Shown here: piece by piece, positions 9,593 through 19,759 of the stretch
Position numbering within the stretch: position 1 is the stretch's first letter
How the letters are laid out: the number at the start of each line of letters is the position of its first letter
Virus record (IMG/VR): IMGVR_UViG_3300037400_002380
Length of the DNA: 64,000 nt
Source: an uncultured virus (IMG/VR IMGVR_UViG_3300037400_002380)
Lineage: Duplodnaviria > Heunggongvirae > Uroviricota > Caudoviricetes
Direction: 5' to 3' (one strand)
Notes under the pieces: model-generated
Seen by the model: the letters and a program-made list of their open reading frames with translations, nothing else
What the model was told of the DNA's origin: nothing
Database searches by the model: none
Program-made: the position numbers and the translations under genes

Positions 9593-9881
9593 ACTTCATG
9601 AACTTTTGTGCGAAGTTTTAGGTTCTCGTAATGTATATTTTCAACCTCCAGAGTCAGTTAAGATGAGGTACCCAGCCATAGTATATTCTAGAAATAGAAT
9701 TGAGAATACTTCGGCTGATAACATTGTGTATAAACAGGATGTATCATACAAAATAACCGTTATAGACCCGGATCCGGACAGTGAAATTGTAGAAAGAGTT
9801 TCTGCGATTCCCGGTATTATGTACGATCGTCCTTATGTGTCAAATAATTTGAACCACGATGTGTTCACACTATTTTATTAA
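9564..9881 (+). CDS. Tail terminator/completion protein
   Basis: NVYFQPPES..YPAIVY motif; located before major tail. Confidence 0.7.
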   Translation: MAKMMNKRLELHELLCEVLGSRNVYFQPPESVKMRYPAIVYSRNRIENTSADNIVYKQDVSYKITVIDPDPDSEIVERVSAIPGIMYDRPYVSNNLNHDVFTLFY

Positions 9882-9892
9882 GGAGAAAAACT

Positions 9893-10561
9893 ATGAAACT
9901 TGTATGGGACCAGCCCGGCGAGAAACTCTGGGAGACAGGTGTAGATAGGACTGTTCTTTTTCCTATGACTAATGGGTCGCATGGCGAAGGTGTCGCTTGG
10001 AGCGGTATTACAGCGATCAATGAATCCCCGTCCGGAGCAGAGCCTTCAAAAATTTACGCAGATAACATCGTATATGGTGTTGTGATGAGTCCTGAAGAGG
10101 ATGCTATTACGATCGAAGCATTTACTTATCCTGATGAATTCTGCCAGTGTATTGGCGAGTCCGAACTCGGCGTTGGTGTTACTGTAAAGCAGCAGAATCA
10201 TGCACATTTCGGTCTGGCATATCGTACTTTGATCGGAAATGACGAAAACGGATCTAAGCACGGATATAAGCTTCATCTGTTTTACGACTGTGTTGCCGGA
10301 TCTTCTGAAGATAGCAATAGCACAATCAATGACAGCCCCGAGCAGAAGACCTTCTCCTGGAGTGTTACGACTATTCCTGTTCCTATTACTAACACCGACG
10401 GAGTTGTAATAGCGGATCCTGCTTCTTCAATCGTCATCGACTCCACGAAGGTTCCGGCTGCAAAACTTCAGGCCATCGAGGATCTTCTCTATGGCACTGC
10501 AAGCGCTAGCTCCTCGCTCCCTTCGCCTGCCGCGATCAAAGCTATTCTTGATGCTGCTTAA
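9893..10561 (+). CDS. Major tail protein (copy 1)
   Basis: WDQPGEKLWETGVDR, AWSGITAINESPSGAE, YADNI, EAFTYPDEF. Confidence 0.85.
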   Translation: MKLVWDQPGEKLWETGVDRTVLFPMTNGSHGEGVAWSGITAINESPSGAEPSKIYADNIVYGVVMSPEEDAITIEAFTYPDEFCQCIGESELGVGVTVKQQNHAHFGLAYRTLIGNDENGSKHGYKLHLFYDCVAGSSEDSNSTINDSPEQKTFSWSVTTIPVPITNTDGVVIADPASSIVIDSTKVPAAKLQAIEDLLYGTASASSSLPSPAAIKAILDAA

Positions 10562-10575
10562 TCTAGGAGGTAAAT

Positions 10576-11298
10576 ATGGGGGTAATCGCTTGGGATGACG
10601 TCGGATCGCGCCACTATGAAACCGGCGTAGACAGAGTCGTCATCTACGTTCAAAATGAAGCAAGTTCTTGGAACGGAATCACAGCGATCAATGAATCCCC
10701 GTCAGGAGCAGAGCCGTCTAAGATATATGCAGACGATATCGTATATGGAGTTGTAATGAGTCCCGAGGAAAACGCAGTTACGATTGAGGGTTTTACCTAT
10801 CCTGACTGCTTTAAGTCCTGTATCGGTGAAAAAGAATTTGCTAAAGGCGCCTTCGTAAATCAGCAGTCGCATATTCCGTTTGGTTTATGTTGGCGTTCAT
10901 TTGTTGGAAACGACCGGGATGGGCTTTCTGATTACAAATTGCACATTGTTCCAAAACTATTTGCGTCTCCCTCAGAAGATAACAACAGTACGATTAATGA
11001 CAGTCCAGAACAAAAGACTTTTTCGTTTTCGGCAACTGCGATTTCCGTTCAGCTTGACGAAGATCTATGGACATCCTCGATCGTTATTGATTCTAGAAAG
11101 TTAAAAGCGGCTGGCTTAGCAAATGCTCTTAGGCCGCTGGAAGACGTCTTGTACGGTACTGAGAATACCGTTCCTAGAATTCCAAAAGCAGGTGAAATTT
11201 TAACCATGCTTATACGATCCGGGATGCTCCTTGACTCGTCAGGCAACAGTATTTTGGACAGCTCGGGAGATTCTGTGTTAACGTTCGTTAGTAATTAA
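10576..11298 (+). CDS. Major tail protein paralogue (copy 2)
   Basis: Same motifs as 9893-10561 (ETGVDR, GITAINESPSGAEPSKIYAD, STINDSPEQKTFS) plus a C-terminal extension. Confidence 0.8.
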   Translation: MGVIAWDDVGSRHYETGVDRVVIYVQNEASSWNGITAINESPSGAEPSKIYADDIVYGVVMSPEENAVTIEGFTYPDCFKSCIGEKEFAKGAFVNQQSHIPFGLCWRSFVGNDRDGLSDYKLHIVPKLFASPSEDNNSTINDSPEQKTFSFSATAISVQLDEDLWTSSIVIDSRKLKAAGLANALRPLEDVLYGTENTVPRIPKAGEILTMLIRSGMLLDSSGNSILDSSGDSVLTFVSN

Positions 11299-11305
11299 TA
11301 TACGT

Positions 11306-11344
11306 GGCTACTTAGGTGCAAAATCTAAGTAGCCTTTTATTTTT
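11306..11344 (+). terminator. Intrinsic terminator
   Basis: ggctacttag...ctaagtagcc stem followed by ttttattttt. Confidence 0.75.
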
Positions 11345-11360
11345 ACGAAAGGAGTAATTT

Positions 11361-11816
11361 ATGGTAAGCAAAACAATAACATATGTCGACTATAACGGCG
11401 TTGAGAAAACTCAAACTTATTGGTTTAATATGTCCAGAGCAGATCTTCTTGATCTTGAGGCCGATACTGAAGGAGGCTGGGAGGCGACTCTTCGCAAGCT
11501 TATCGCTGAACAGGACGGGCGCAAAGCCTATAAGTTCTTCGAGAAATTTGTTAAAGACTCTTATGGTGTAAAAACTCCGGATGGCGGTTTCGACAAAGAT
11601 CCGAAGCATCTTAGAGCATTTCGGAACACGGAAGCATACTCGGAGCTTATTTGGGGGTTTGTGGAGCATCCGGACGAAGCTGCAGAGTTTATTAACGGAA
11701 TTGTTGCATCTGTCAAAAAGACAGTAGATGCTATAGATGTTGATAAGGCCATTGCTGAAAAGGCGAAGAACGCCGGGGGTAAGGTGATGAACTTTGTTAC
11801 GCCTCAGAATCCCTGA
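11361..11816 (+). CDS. Tail assembly chaperone
   Basis: KTITYVDYNG...FRNTEAYSEL; lies between major tail and tape measure. Confidence 0.7.
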   Translation: MVSKTITYVDYNGVEKTQTYWFNMSRADLLDLEADTEGGWEATLRKLIAEQDGRKAYKFFEKFVKDSYGVKTPDGGFDKDPKHLRAFRNTEAYSELIWGFVEHPDEAAEFINGIVASVKKTVDAIDVDKAIAEKAKNAGGKVMNFVTPQNP

Positions 11817-12342
11817 TCAAGATTTGTGGGATCCAGTAAAAGAAAAGTTCATTTCTGTTAAGGGAGCCACCGTAGATCTTGAACATAGTTTAGCTTCGGT
11901 TTCAAAATGGGAATCAAAATGGCATGTTCCTTTTCATGATGAGCGGAAGCAAAAGACTTTAGAACAGAATGTCGATTATATTCGTTGCATGTGTCTCACC
12001 GATACTGATCCTGAAGTTTTTAATTATTTAACGGAACAGAACGTTAAAGAAATTATGGACTATATCGGAGATAGTACTACGGCGACATGGTTTAACAACG
12101 CCGCCAATAAGAAAACCGGAAAGAGAGAAATAATCACAGCAGAGATTATATATTACTGGATGACTGTTTATAACATTCCGGAAAGTTACCAGTTATGGCA
12201 TTTGAATAAACTTATGACTTTGCTTAGAGTGTGCGCCGAAAAGAACAATCCAGATAAGAATAAGGCTAATTCTAGTCAACTTGCCGCACAGAGAAGGGCT
12301 CTCAATGCTGCTAGAAGAAAGAAGTATCATTCGAGAGGGTAG
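11794..12342 (+). CDS. Tail assembly protein (second chaperone-like)
   Basis: LEHSLASVSKWESKW, ITAEIIYYWM, WHLNKLMTL; tail-module position. Confidence 0.55.
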   Translation: MLRLRIPDQDLWDPVKEKFISVKGATVDLEHSLASVSKWESKWHVPFHDERKQKTLEQNVDYIRCMCLTDTDPEVFNYLTEQNVKEIMDYIGDSTTATWFNNAANKKTGKREIITAEIIYYWMTVYNIPESYQLWHLNKLMTLLRVCAEKNNPDKNKANSSQLAAQRRALNAARRKKYHSRG

Positions 12343-12344
12343 AC

Positions 12345-12719
12345 ATGATTACGTTTACGCAAAAAGGAGACTTTTCGAAACTTGACGGATATTTGAATAA
12401 TTTGAAAGGACTTTTCGGTCGTAGTGAACTTGACAAATACGGGCAAAAAGGTGTTCAAGCGCTATCTTCGGCTACGCCTTATGATAGTGGAAATACTGCT
12501 GGGTCATGGTATTACAAAATTTCTAAAAATGGTTCTGTTACTTCTTTGGAATTTTGTAATTCGAACATTAACGACGGCGTTCAAATAGCTGTTATTCTTC
12601 AGTACGGACATGGTACTGGAACCGGAGGCTGGATAGAAGGGCGAGATTATATTAACCCTGCTATTCAGCCTATTTTTGACGAAATTCTTAACGACATGTG
12701 GAAGGAGGTCTGCAAGTGA
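12345..12719 (+). CDS. HK97 gp10-like neck/tail component
   Basis: ATPYDSGNTAGSW, LQYGHGT, DYINPAI motifs. Confidence 0.65.
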   Translation: MITFTQKGDFSKLDGYLNNLKGLFGRSELDKYGQKGVQALSSATPYDSGNTAGSWYYKISKNGSVTSLEFCNSNINDGVQIAVILQYGHGTGTGGWIEGRDYINPAIQPIFDEILNDMWKEVCK

Positions 12720-15700
12720 GCAATACGGTTGACGAACGCGTTGTTAAAATGCAATTTGACAATGCGCAGTTTGAAAAAAATGTGCAGACTTCTCTCGGCA
12801 CATTAGGTAAGTTAAAAGAAGCTTTAAAATTTGACAAAGTTGATTTGTCTAGTGTGGCTTCTAATATCGAAAAGATAACTGAAAAAGTTAGTGGTATGGG
12901 TGGTGTTTTTGACACCGCTATGGATCGTATTGCTAATAAGATCGTAGATATTGGCGAAAAAATAGCTACGGAGTTTGTTTTTAATCCTCCGACAGACGGT
13001 TTTAAGGAATACGAACTTAAGATGGACTCTCTTAAGGTCATCATGGAGAGTTCACATGAAAGCCTGGAAACGGTTAATAAGTACCTTAATGAACTGAATA
13101 AGTATTCGGATCAAACCATTTATAGCTTTTCAGACATGACGGCAAGCATTGGTAAATTTACAAATGCCGGCGTCGATCTTAATACTGCTGTAAACGCTAT
13201 TAAGGGTATTGCTAACGAAGCGGCTCTTGCTGGCGCAAGTACAAACGACGCGTCAAGGGCTATGTATAACTTTGCTCAGGCTTTGAGCGCCGGCTCTGTA
13301 AAACTTATTGACTGGAAATCGATTGAGAATGCCAACATGGCGACTCAGGAGTTTAAGAACGAACTGATCAACACGGCTGTTGAGCTTGGAACGTTAACAA
13401 AAGTTGGCGATGATTATATTTCGACCACCACCAACATGCAAGGAAAAATCTCTGAAACCTTTAATGCAACCAAAGGCTTTAACGATTCTTTAGCATATCA
13501 ATGGATGACAACGGATGTTCTGACTAAGACTCTTGGGCGGTACGCCGACGCAAACACGGACGTCGGTGCCAGGGCAACCAAAGCCGCAACAGAAGTTAGA
13601 ACATTTTCGGCGATGATGGATTCCTTGAAAGAGGCTGTCGGTTCAGGTTGGGCTGAAACATGGGAACTTATATTTGGTAACATGGAAGAAGCCACAGAAA
13701 TGTGGACAGCAGTTAACGATGTTCTTAGCGGTTTCATAGATAAGTTTTCTAGCGCTAGAAATGATCTTCTTAAAGGTTGGCGTGAAGGAGATATTGACGG
13801 GAGAACAAAACTCCTTGAAGGTTTAGCTAATGTTTTTAAGATTCTTGGAAACGTGGTTAAACCCTTTTCTGATGCTATGAAAGTTCTCTTTCCTCCTATG
13901 ACGGCGGAAAGATTAAAAGATATTACTATAAAATTTGCAGATTTCACTGAGAAAGTTAAAAACATTACAGAAAACTTTCCTATGAAGTTGTTCGAGCCTA
14001 AAGATACAAATGCTGTTCAGAAGGGCTTGGGAACTGCTGCCGAAAAAGCAGAAAAATTTAATAAGAATACTAAGGCAATTGCAAAAGACATTAAAGATGC
14101 CTGGGATGGTACTGCTGAGTCTTCTGATGATGCTACTAAAACTGCTGTAGACAATTTGGAAGAAATTCAGGATGCTGTAAAAAAGACTATTAATGGCGAT
14201 TTTGGAAATGACCAAGAACGAGTAGACGCGTTACAGAAAGCCGGATTCGATCCAGATCAGATCCAGGATTATGTTAACAAAGTTCGTGAACTTTCTAACG
14301 GGTCTTGGGATCTTTCTGACGAAATGATGAATGCCGCAGCGGAATCGCTCGGTTTGATTCAGAAAACATCGGATGCTACTGATGAAACTAAAGAAAAAGT
14401 AGATGAAGCAAAAGATTCTTTAGAGGAATATAACGTAGAAGTTTCCGAAATAACGAAGAATGGAAATATTCTTACTAGTATTCTTGTTTCTATTGGTTCG
14501 ATTATTAAGAATGTTCTTGGATCTGGAGTTAAAATTATTGGAGCTGTCGGAGAAGCATGGAGAGAATCTTTCTCGCCGGTTACGATTTCTCTTGCCCAAC
14601 TGAAAAAGTTTGGCATGGCATTAGATAATGTTTCTAAAAGCTTTAAAATTTCTGACGGCGCTCTTGAAAAGATTAAGAATACTTTTAAGGATTTCTTTAC
14701 TGTTTTGAAGACGGTTTCCGATTTAGTTGTGCGGTTCGTAATTCAAAATGCGCCACTTGCTTTGGCGATTTTAAAAGACGTTGGACGAATTATAGGCGGA
14801 GTTGTTCTTGGAATAGCTTCGTTTGTGGCGTCTGTTGCTTCTGCTATAGCTAAATCCGGAATTCTTCAGAAGATACTCGACGGCGTTAACATGGCCTTTA
14901 GAGCTCTTCGTAAAATAATAGCAACTGTCGCTGATGTGTTCGGCTTTTTAGGTGAAAAAATCAGCAAAGGAATCGATTATATTCGCGACTATGTTAAGCA
15001 GCATGAGCTTTTAGCTAAAATTGCTAATGCAATACCTAATCTGTTTAATAAAGCCGGAAACAAAATAACAGAATTTGGTAACAAGCTAGCTAAATCTCTT
15101 GGAGTTGAATCTTTAGAAAAGTTTAAAGCTAAGCTCGGCGAAGCAATCGATAGACTGTCTCAGAATTTCCTAATACCAGGTTTCGAACGTTTTGCTACGT
15201 TTATTGAAGAACTGGTAACTGGAAACATGTCCATGGACAAAGTCACGAAGTTCTTTTCAGATCTCGGAAAAGATATTCGAGATTTTGCCAAAAGCATATT
15301 TACAAACAAAGACGGAACTCCTTCTATATTTGATCATATTAGTAATTTCTTTAAGGGTGCCGATTTAACCGGAAAACTTAAGAATTTTGGAGGTATTCTC
15401 AAAGACATAGGCGCTGCTATAAAGAGTTTCTTTAGCGGACTTGTCGGTAAAGATTTCAGTTTTGAGAACATTCTTCCAGATAAGATATTTAACCTGTTCG
15501 GGTCGTTTGCCGATAAAGGTGAAAAAGCAAAGAATAAACTCAAAGATGTTGGTGATGGTATTGCCGACACAGTTACTAATCTGAATCCCTTTAAAAAGAA
15601 GGGGGCGGCAAAAGATGTTGTCGATACAGTTAAAAACGTTGAAGAGCTTGAAAATTTAAGCGAAGTGATGAAGCCTTCCATCACAGATAGGATTAAGAAC

Positions 15701-18700
15701 TTCTTCAACGGTTTTAAGAATCTCGCAACAGATTCGTTTAAGAAATTTTCGGATTTCCTTTCTAAGCTCGACTTCGTTAAAGTTCTTACAGCAGCTAGAA
15801 GCATCAAAGTTATAACGTCCATATTTAACGGCATAAAGCTTACTAAATCGTTTAGCGGTATGGCCGACAATATTGGGGGGTTCTTCGAAAAGCTTAAAGA
15901 CGACGGTTTAGGAATAAATCTGGTACCAGAAGAAAGCAAATTCACAAAAATGGTGAAAATTGCTGGCGCTATATATTTGGTAGCAAAAGCCATTTCGATG
16001 ATAGCAGAGATACCTAAAGATCGTTTTAAATCTGCTGTTGCGGTTGTCGCAGGAATAGCAGCAGTTCTGACAGGTGTAACCATCGCGCTTGAAAAGATTA
16101 AGCCAGCCGAAGGTGCTGATCTCGGTGGTGCTTCCAAACTGATGCTCGGAATGGCCATAGCTATATTTATTATAGCAAAAGCCATGGAAATCATAGGGCA
16201 GCAGGATGCAAACACTCTAATAGCCGGTGGTATAGTCATAGCAGTTCTTGTTGATATTCTTACAGAAGCTGCTAAATCGCTTAAAGAGCTTAAGCTAAGT
16301 ACCGCGGATGTTGCCGCCCCGTTGGCTTTCGCTCTTGCTGTTCGAATTCTCATCGGGGCTGTAGTAGCGTTTGGCAAAATGGATCGAGGCACCTTGCTAC
16401 AGGGCGGGGTTTGCGTATTCATAGCGCTTGGAATACTACAGGGATCTGCTCAGGCTTTGAAAGATCTTAAGCTTGGACCGGCTGATGTCGCTGCTCCGTT
16501 AGCCTTTGCAATAGCCGTTGGCTTGTTGCTGCTATCTATTTTGGCATATGCTTTAGTTCCAGTTCCGGTGCTTAAAAAAGGCTTCGTTGCTGTTCTTATA
16601 GCATTAGCGTTACTCGCAGCAGCATCTAATTCTTTGCGAGCAATGAAAGTTTCTGCTGCTGCAGTATTTGCACCATTAGCATTTGCTCTAGCTTTGCTAA
16701 TTCTTGTCGGTGCTATTGCAGCGTTGGGATTAATACCAGATGACGTATTTCCTACGGCGTTTGACCGTATGACATCATTGGCGATATTGCTCGGCGGTTT
16801 CATGCTTGTTCAGAGTTTAATCGCAAAGTATATTGGCGGTCAGGTCGGGGCTGCAGACGTATTAAGTCTTATAGCTTTCGCGGTGGCAATAGATTTGCTT
16901 GCTGTCGCTTGCCTTGTCCTGAGTGTTGTGCCTCCAGATAGACTGGCGTCTGCTGTTAACGCTATATTGTGGCTCGGTTTCGTGGTTGGCGCATTAGCAG
17001 CAATAATGGCTATATCTAGCAGTATTTCTAATGTGAATCCGTCTAATATATTCGGACTCATTACTGCTGTGGGAGCAATTTTGTTGCTTAGTATTGCTAC
17101 GGCTGCTCTAGCGATGATCCCGAAACCATTGCTAGAAAAAGGTAGGCAGTCAATAGAAGCTTTAGCATTAGTTGTTATAGCTTTGATGTTTGCACTGTCT
17201 GTGTCGAGTGATATTTCCGCAGTAAATCCTTCAAACATTATTGGACTTGTAGTAGCTGTTGGTTCGATATTACTCTTAGGTATCGCTACAATAGCGCTGT
17301 CAATGATCCCGAAACCGTTGCTCGAAAAGGGCAAGCAGGCAGTAGAAGCTCTTGCGTTGGTTATCGTCGCCATAATGTTTGCCATGTCAATGTCCAGCGA
17401 TATTTCATCGATCGGAGCATCCAACATTGCGGCATTGCTGGTTGCGGTAGGTTCTATATATCTTCTTGCGATTGCCGCGATTGCGTTGGGGCTTGTTCCA
17501 CGTCCGGTTTTAGAGCAAGGTGTAGGAACCATAGTCATTCTTGGAATTATATTAGGTGCTATAGTTGGCGTAATGGGTGCTTTTAATTTCAATGTAGCAT
17601 CCGTTCTTGCTCCATTGGCTGTTGTTTTGGCGGTGATGGTACTTGTCGAAGCGGTAAAGCAGCTTGGAGCAATGGAATCCACTGACATGGCTCAGGGAGT
17701 GTTTGGCGTTGTCGCCCTTCTTATGGGATTGGCAGTTGCTATAGGGGTTTTAGCCACCTTTGCCGGACCTATTTTGGTGCTTGCTGCATCGTTTGTTGTA
17801 TTTGCAACAGGCGCTTTACTGCTTGGCGCCGCGTTTTTAATGGCTGCTACTGGAGTCATGAATATTGTCACGGCGCTGTCTCTTCTTGCAGTCATACCGA
17901 CGCAACAGTTGGCCATGAACATGATTGTTTTCTCAACGGCTTTGCTTGTACTTATTGGTGTATTTGCCGGTTTAGTGGCTATTCTGATGTTTATTCCAGC
18001 TGCAATACCCGTTCTTTTAGCGTTAGGCGCAGGCGTATTAATGCTCGGTACTGGTTTATATTTGGCAAGTGCTGCTATCGAGAAATTTGTTAATGTCGCA
18101 GGACAAATCGGCGGAGCAATAGCATCGGCGGTTTCTTCTGTAGTAAAGCATGCACCAGAAATAGGGCACGCTATTAAGAATGCGCTGTCTAGTGCTGCTA
18201 AGTATATTGCTTCTCACGTTGGTGAATTTGCATCTAAAGCAAAAGAACTTGCAATTGGTATTGCTAAGGGTATTAAAGAGAAAGCACCCGAAATACTCGC
18301 GAAAGTTAAAGAGGGTATAACAAAAGCTGGCGAATTCATTACAAGCCATGCTCCAGAATGGTTGGCCAAAGGTGCAGAACTTTTGGGTAAATTAGTAGAA
18401 GGCATTGCAACGAACGCCCCCAAGGTGCTTGAAAAAGTCGAAGAGGGCATTACAAACGCTGTTAATTTCGTCAAAGAGAAAGCTCCAGAATGGCTCAGTG
18501 CTGGTAAAGATCTTGTTCAGGGATTAATTGACGGTGCCGGCGAGAAGATCGGAGAAGTTGGCACAAAAGCTAAAGAAATTGGAAAGAAGGCCCTTGACGC
18601 TATAAAGAATTTCTTAGGCATAAAGTCTCCTTCTACTAAATTTAAAGAAGTTGGTAATAACGCCGGCCAGGGTCTTATTGACGGCGTCGATGAGAAAGGC

Positions 18701-19759
18701 GGCGAGGTTGAATCGTCATCTCAGGGTCTGGGTGGAAAACTTCTTAATGGTATTACTGACGCGTTATCTTCTCTTGGAGATAAAGTGTCATCTATATTTG
18801 GTGATACAAAGGACACTGTCGAATCTGAGGGTTCTGAAATTGCAGAAGCTGGTGCTAATTCGATGGCTCAGTTTGCTGATGGCGTGGATTCTGGAATGAC
18901 TACGGTAGGCCCTGTTGTTGAAAAGGGACTTGGGCAAATGCTCGAAGCCATAAATTCTATGAATTCAAAATGGCAGGGCGAAGGCAAGAAACTGGGCGAA
19001 TCTTTAGCCACTGGTGTGAGCAAAGCTGGCACTAGAATTAATAGATCTGGCAAAGATGTTTCTAAGAAGGGAGCTGAAGGAGCCAAATCTACAAAAAATA
19101 AGTGGATCGATGTCGGCAAAGCTTTAGCTGACGGATTAGCAAAGGGTGTTAAGGATCATAGCAGTAAAATTGAATCGGCAGCGAAATCAGCAGCCGAAAG
19201 AGCATATAAAGCGGCTAAAAACAAATTAGGTGTCAAATCTCCTTCGAGAGTGTTTGCTAGACTTGGTAAATTTGTTGATTTAGGATTGGCTAAAGGTATT
19301 AGCGATAATTCAGGTGCTATTAATTCTAGTGCAAAAGCTATGGCCGAGAAGCTTATTACTACTGCTGAACGAGCGCTCGCTCCTGTTGCAGAACTGATGA
19401 ATTCGAACATGATTGACGATCCTGTTATCAAGCCGGTTCTCGATCTGTCGGATTTCCAGAATGGTTCCAATAGATTATATTCTATGATGTCCGATATGGA
19501 TCGGTATTCGCTTCACGGGAATGTTGACCTTGCTACTAATACCGCTTTTAGCGTTGATAGAGAAAGACAGAGTAGAAGAGATAGAGACGACGATGTTTTG
19601 TCGGCTCTTATTGATGGACTCAAAGAACTTAAGAGACAAAATGATGAGCCTCATGGTAATACTTATATTATAGATGGGATTACATATGATGATGGTTCTA
19701 ATGTTGCAAATGCGATCGGCGCGCTTATCAGAGCGGCTAAAGTTGGAGGTAGAGCGTAG
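12716..19759 (+). CDS. Tape measure protein
   Basis: ~2350 aa Ala/Gly-rich helical protein with long hydrophobic region and two LG[IV]KSPS motifs; GTG start 12716 behind GGAGG. Confidence 0.92.
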   Translation: MSNTVDERVVKMQFDNAQFEKNVQTSLGTLGKLKEALKFDKVDLSSVASNIEKITEKVSGMGGVFDTAMDRIANKIVDIGEKIATEFVFNPPTDGFKEYELKMDSLKVIMESSHESLETVNKYLNELNKYSDQTIYSFSDMTASIGKFTNAGVDLNTAVNAIKGIANEAALAGASTNDASRAMYNFAQALSAGSVKLIDWKSIENANMATQEFKNELINTAVELGTLTKVGDDYISTTTNMQGKISETFNATKGFNDSLAYQWMTTDVLTKTLGRYADANTDVGARATKAATEVRTFSAMMDSLKEAVGSGWAETWELIFGNMEEATEMWTAVNDVLSGFIDKFSSARNDLLKGWREGDIDGRTKLLEGLANVFKILGNVVKPFSDAMKVLFPPMTAERLKDITIKFADFTEKVKNITENFPMKLFEPKDTNAVQKGLGTAAEKAEKFNKNTKAIAKDIKDAWDGTAESSDDATKTAVDNLEEIQDAVKKTINGDFGNDQERVDALQKAGFDPDQIQDYVNKVRELSNGSWDLSDEMMNAAAESLGLIQKTSDATDETKEKVDEAKDSLEEYNVEVSEITKNGNILTSILVSIGSIIKNVLGSGVKIIGAVGEAWRESFSPVTISLAQLKKFGMALDNVSKSFKISDGALEKIKNTFKDFFTVLKTVSDLVVRFVIQNAPLALAILKDVGRIIGGVVLGIASFVASVASAIAKSGILQKILDGVNMAFRALRKIIATVADVFGFLGEKISKGIDYIRDYVKQHELLAKIANAIPNLFNKAGNKITEFGNKLAKSLGVESLEKFKAKLGEAIDRLSQNFLIPGFERFATFIEELVTGNMSMDKVTKFFSDLGKDIRDFAKSIFTNKDGTPSIFDHISNFFKGADLTGKLKNFGGILKDIGAAIKSFFSGLVGKDFSFENILPDKIFNLFGSFADKGEKAKNKLKDVGDGIADTVTNLNPFKKKGAAKDVVDTVKNVEELENLSEVMKPSITDRIKNFFNGFKNLATDSFKKFSDFLSKLDFVKVLTAARSIKVITSIFNGIKLTKSFSGMADNIGGFFEKLKDDGLGINLVPEESKFTKMVKIAGAIYLVAKAISMIAEIPKDRFKSAVAVVAGIAAVLTGVTIALEKIKPAEGADLGGASKLMLGMAIAIFIIAKAMEIIGQQDANTLIAGGIVIAVLVDILTEAAKSLKELKLSTADVAAPLAFALAVRILIGAVVAFGKMDRGTLLQGGVCVFIALGILQGSAQALKDLKLGPADVAAPLAFAIAVGLLLLSILAYALVPVPVLKKGFVAVLIALALLAAASNSLRAMKVSAAAVFAPLAFALALLILVGAIAALGLIPDDVFPTAFDRMTSLAILLGGFMLVQSLIAKYIGGQVGAADVLSLIAFAVAIDLLAVACLVLSVVPPDRLASAVNAILWLGFVVGALAAIMAISSSISNVNPSNIFGLITAVGAILLLSIATAALAMIPKPLLEKGRQSIEALALVVIALMFALSVSSDISAVNPSNIIGLVVAVGSILLLGIATIALSMIPKPLLEKGKQAVEALALVIVAIMFAMSMSSDISSIGASNIAALLVAVGSIYLLAIAAIALGLVPRPVLEQGVGTIVILGIILGAIVGVMGAFNFNVASVLAPLAVVLAVMVLVEAVKQLGAMESTDMAQGVFGVVALLMGLAVAIGVLATFAGPILVLAASFVVFATGALLLGAAFLMAATGVMNIVTALSLLAVIPTQQLAMNMIVFSTALLVLIGVFAGLVAILMFIPAAIPVLLALGAGVLMLGTGLYLASAAIEKFVNVAGQIGGAIASAVSSVVKHAPEIGHAIKNALSSAAKYIASHVGEFASKAKELAIGIAKGIKEKAPEILAKVKEGITKAGEFITSHAPEWLAKGAELLGKLVEGIATNAPKVLEKVEEGITNAVNFVKEKAPEWLSAGKDLVQGLIDGAGEKIGEVGTKAKEIGKKALDAIKNFLGIKSPSTKFKEVGNNAGQGLIDGVDEKGGEVESSSQGLGGKLLNGITDALSSLGDKVSSIFGDTKDTVESEGSEIAEAGANSMAQFADGVDSGMTTVGPVVEKGLGQMLEAINSMNSKWQGEGKKLGESLATGVSKAGTRINRSGKDVSKKGAEGAKSTKNKWIDVGKALADGLAKGVKDHSSKIESAAKSAAERAYKAAKNKLGVKSPSRVFARLGKFVDLGLAKGISDNSGAINSSAKAMAEKLITTAERALAPVAELMNSNMIDDPVIKPVLDLSDFQNGSNRLYSMMSDMDRYSLHGNVDLATNTAFSVDRERQSRRDRDDDVLSALIDGLKELKRQNDEPHGNTYIIDGITYDDGSNVANAIGALIRAAKVGGRA

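Noticed and set aside
11361..12342. Programmed -1 frameshift between tail chaperones
   Set aside because: The second ORF is in the +1 frame and has its own plausible TTG start and RBS; no clear slippery heptamer
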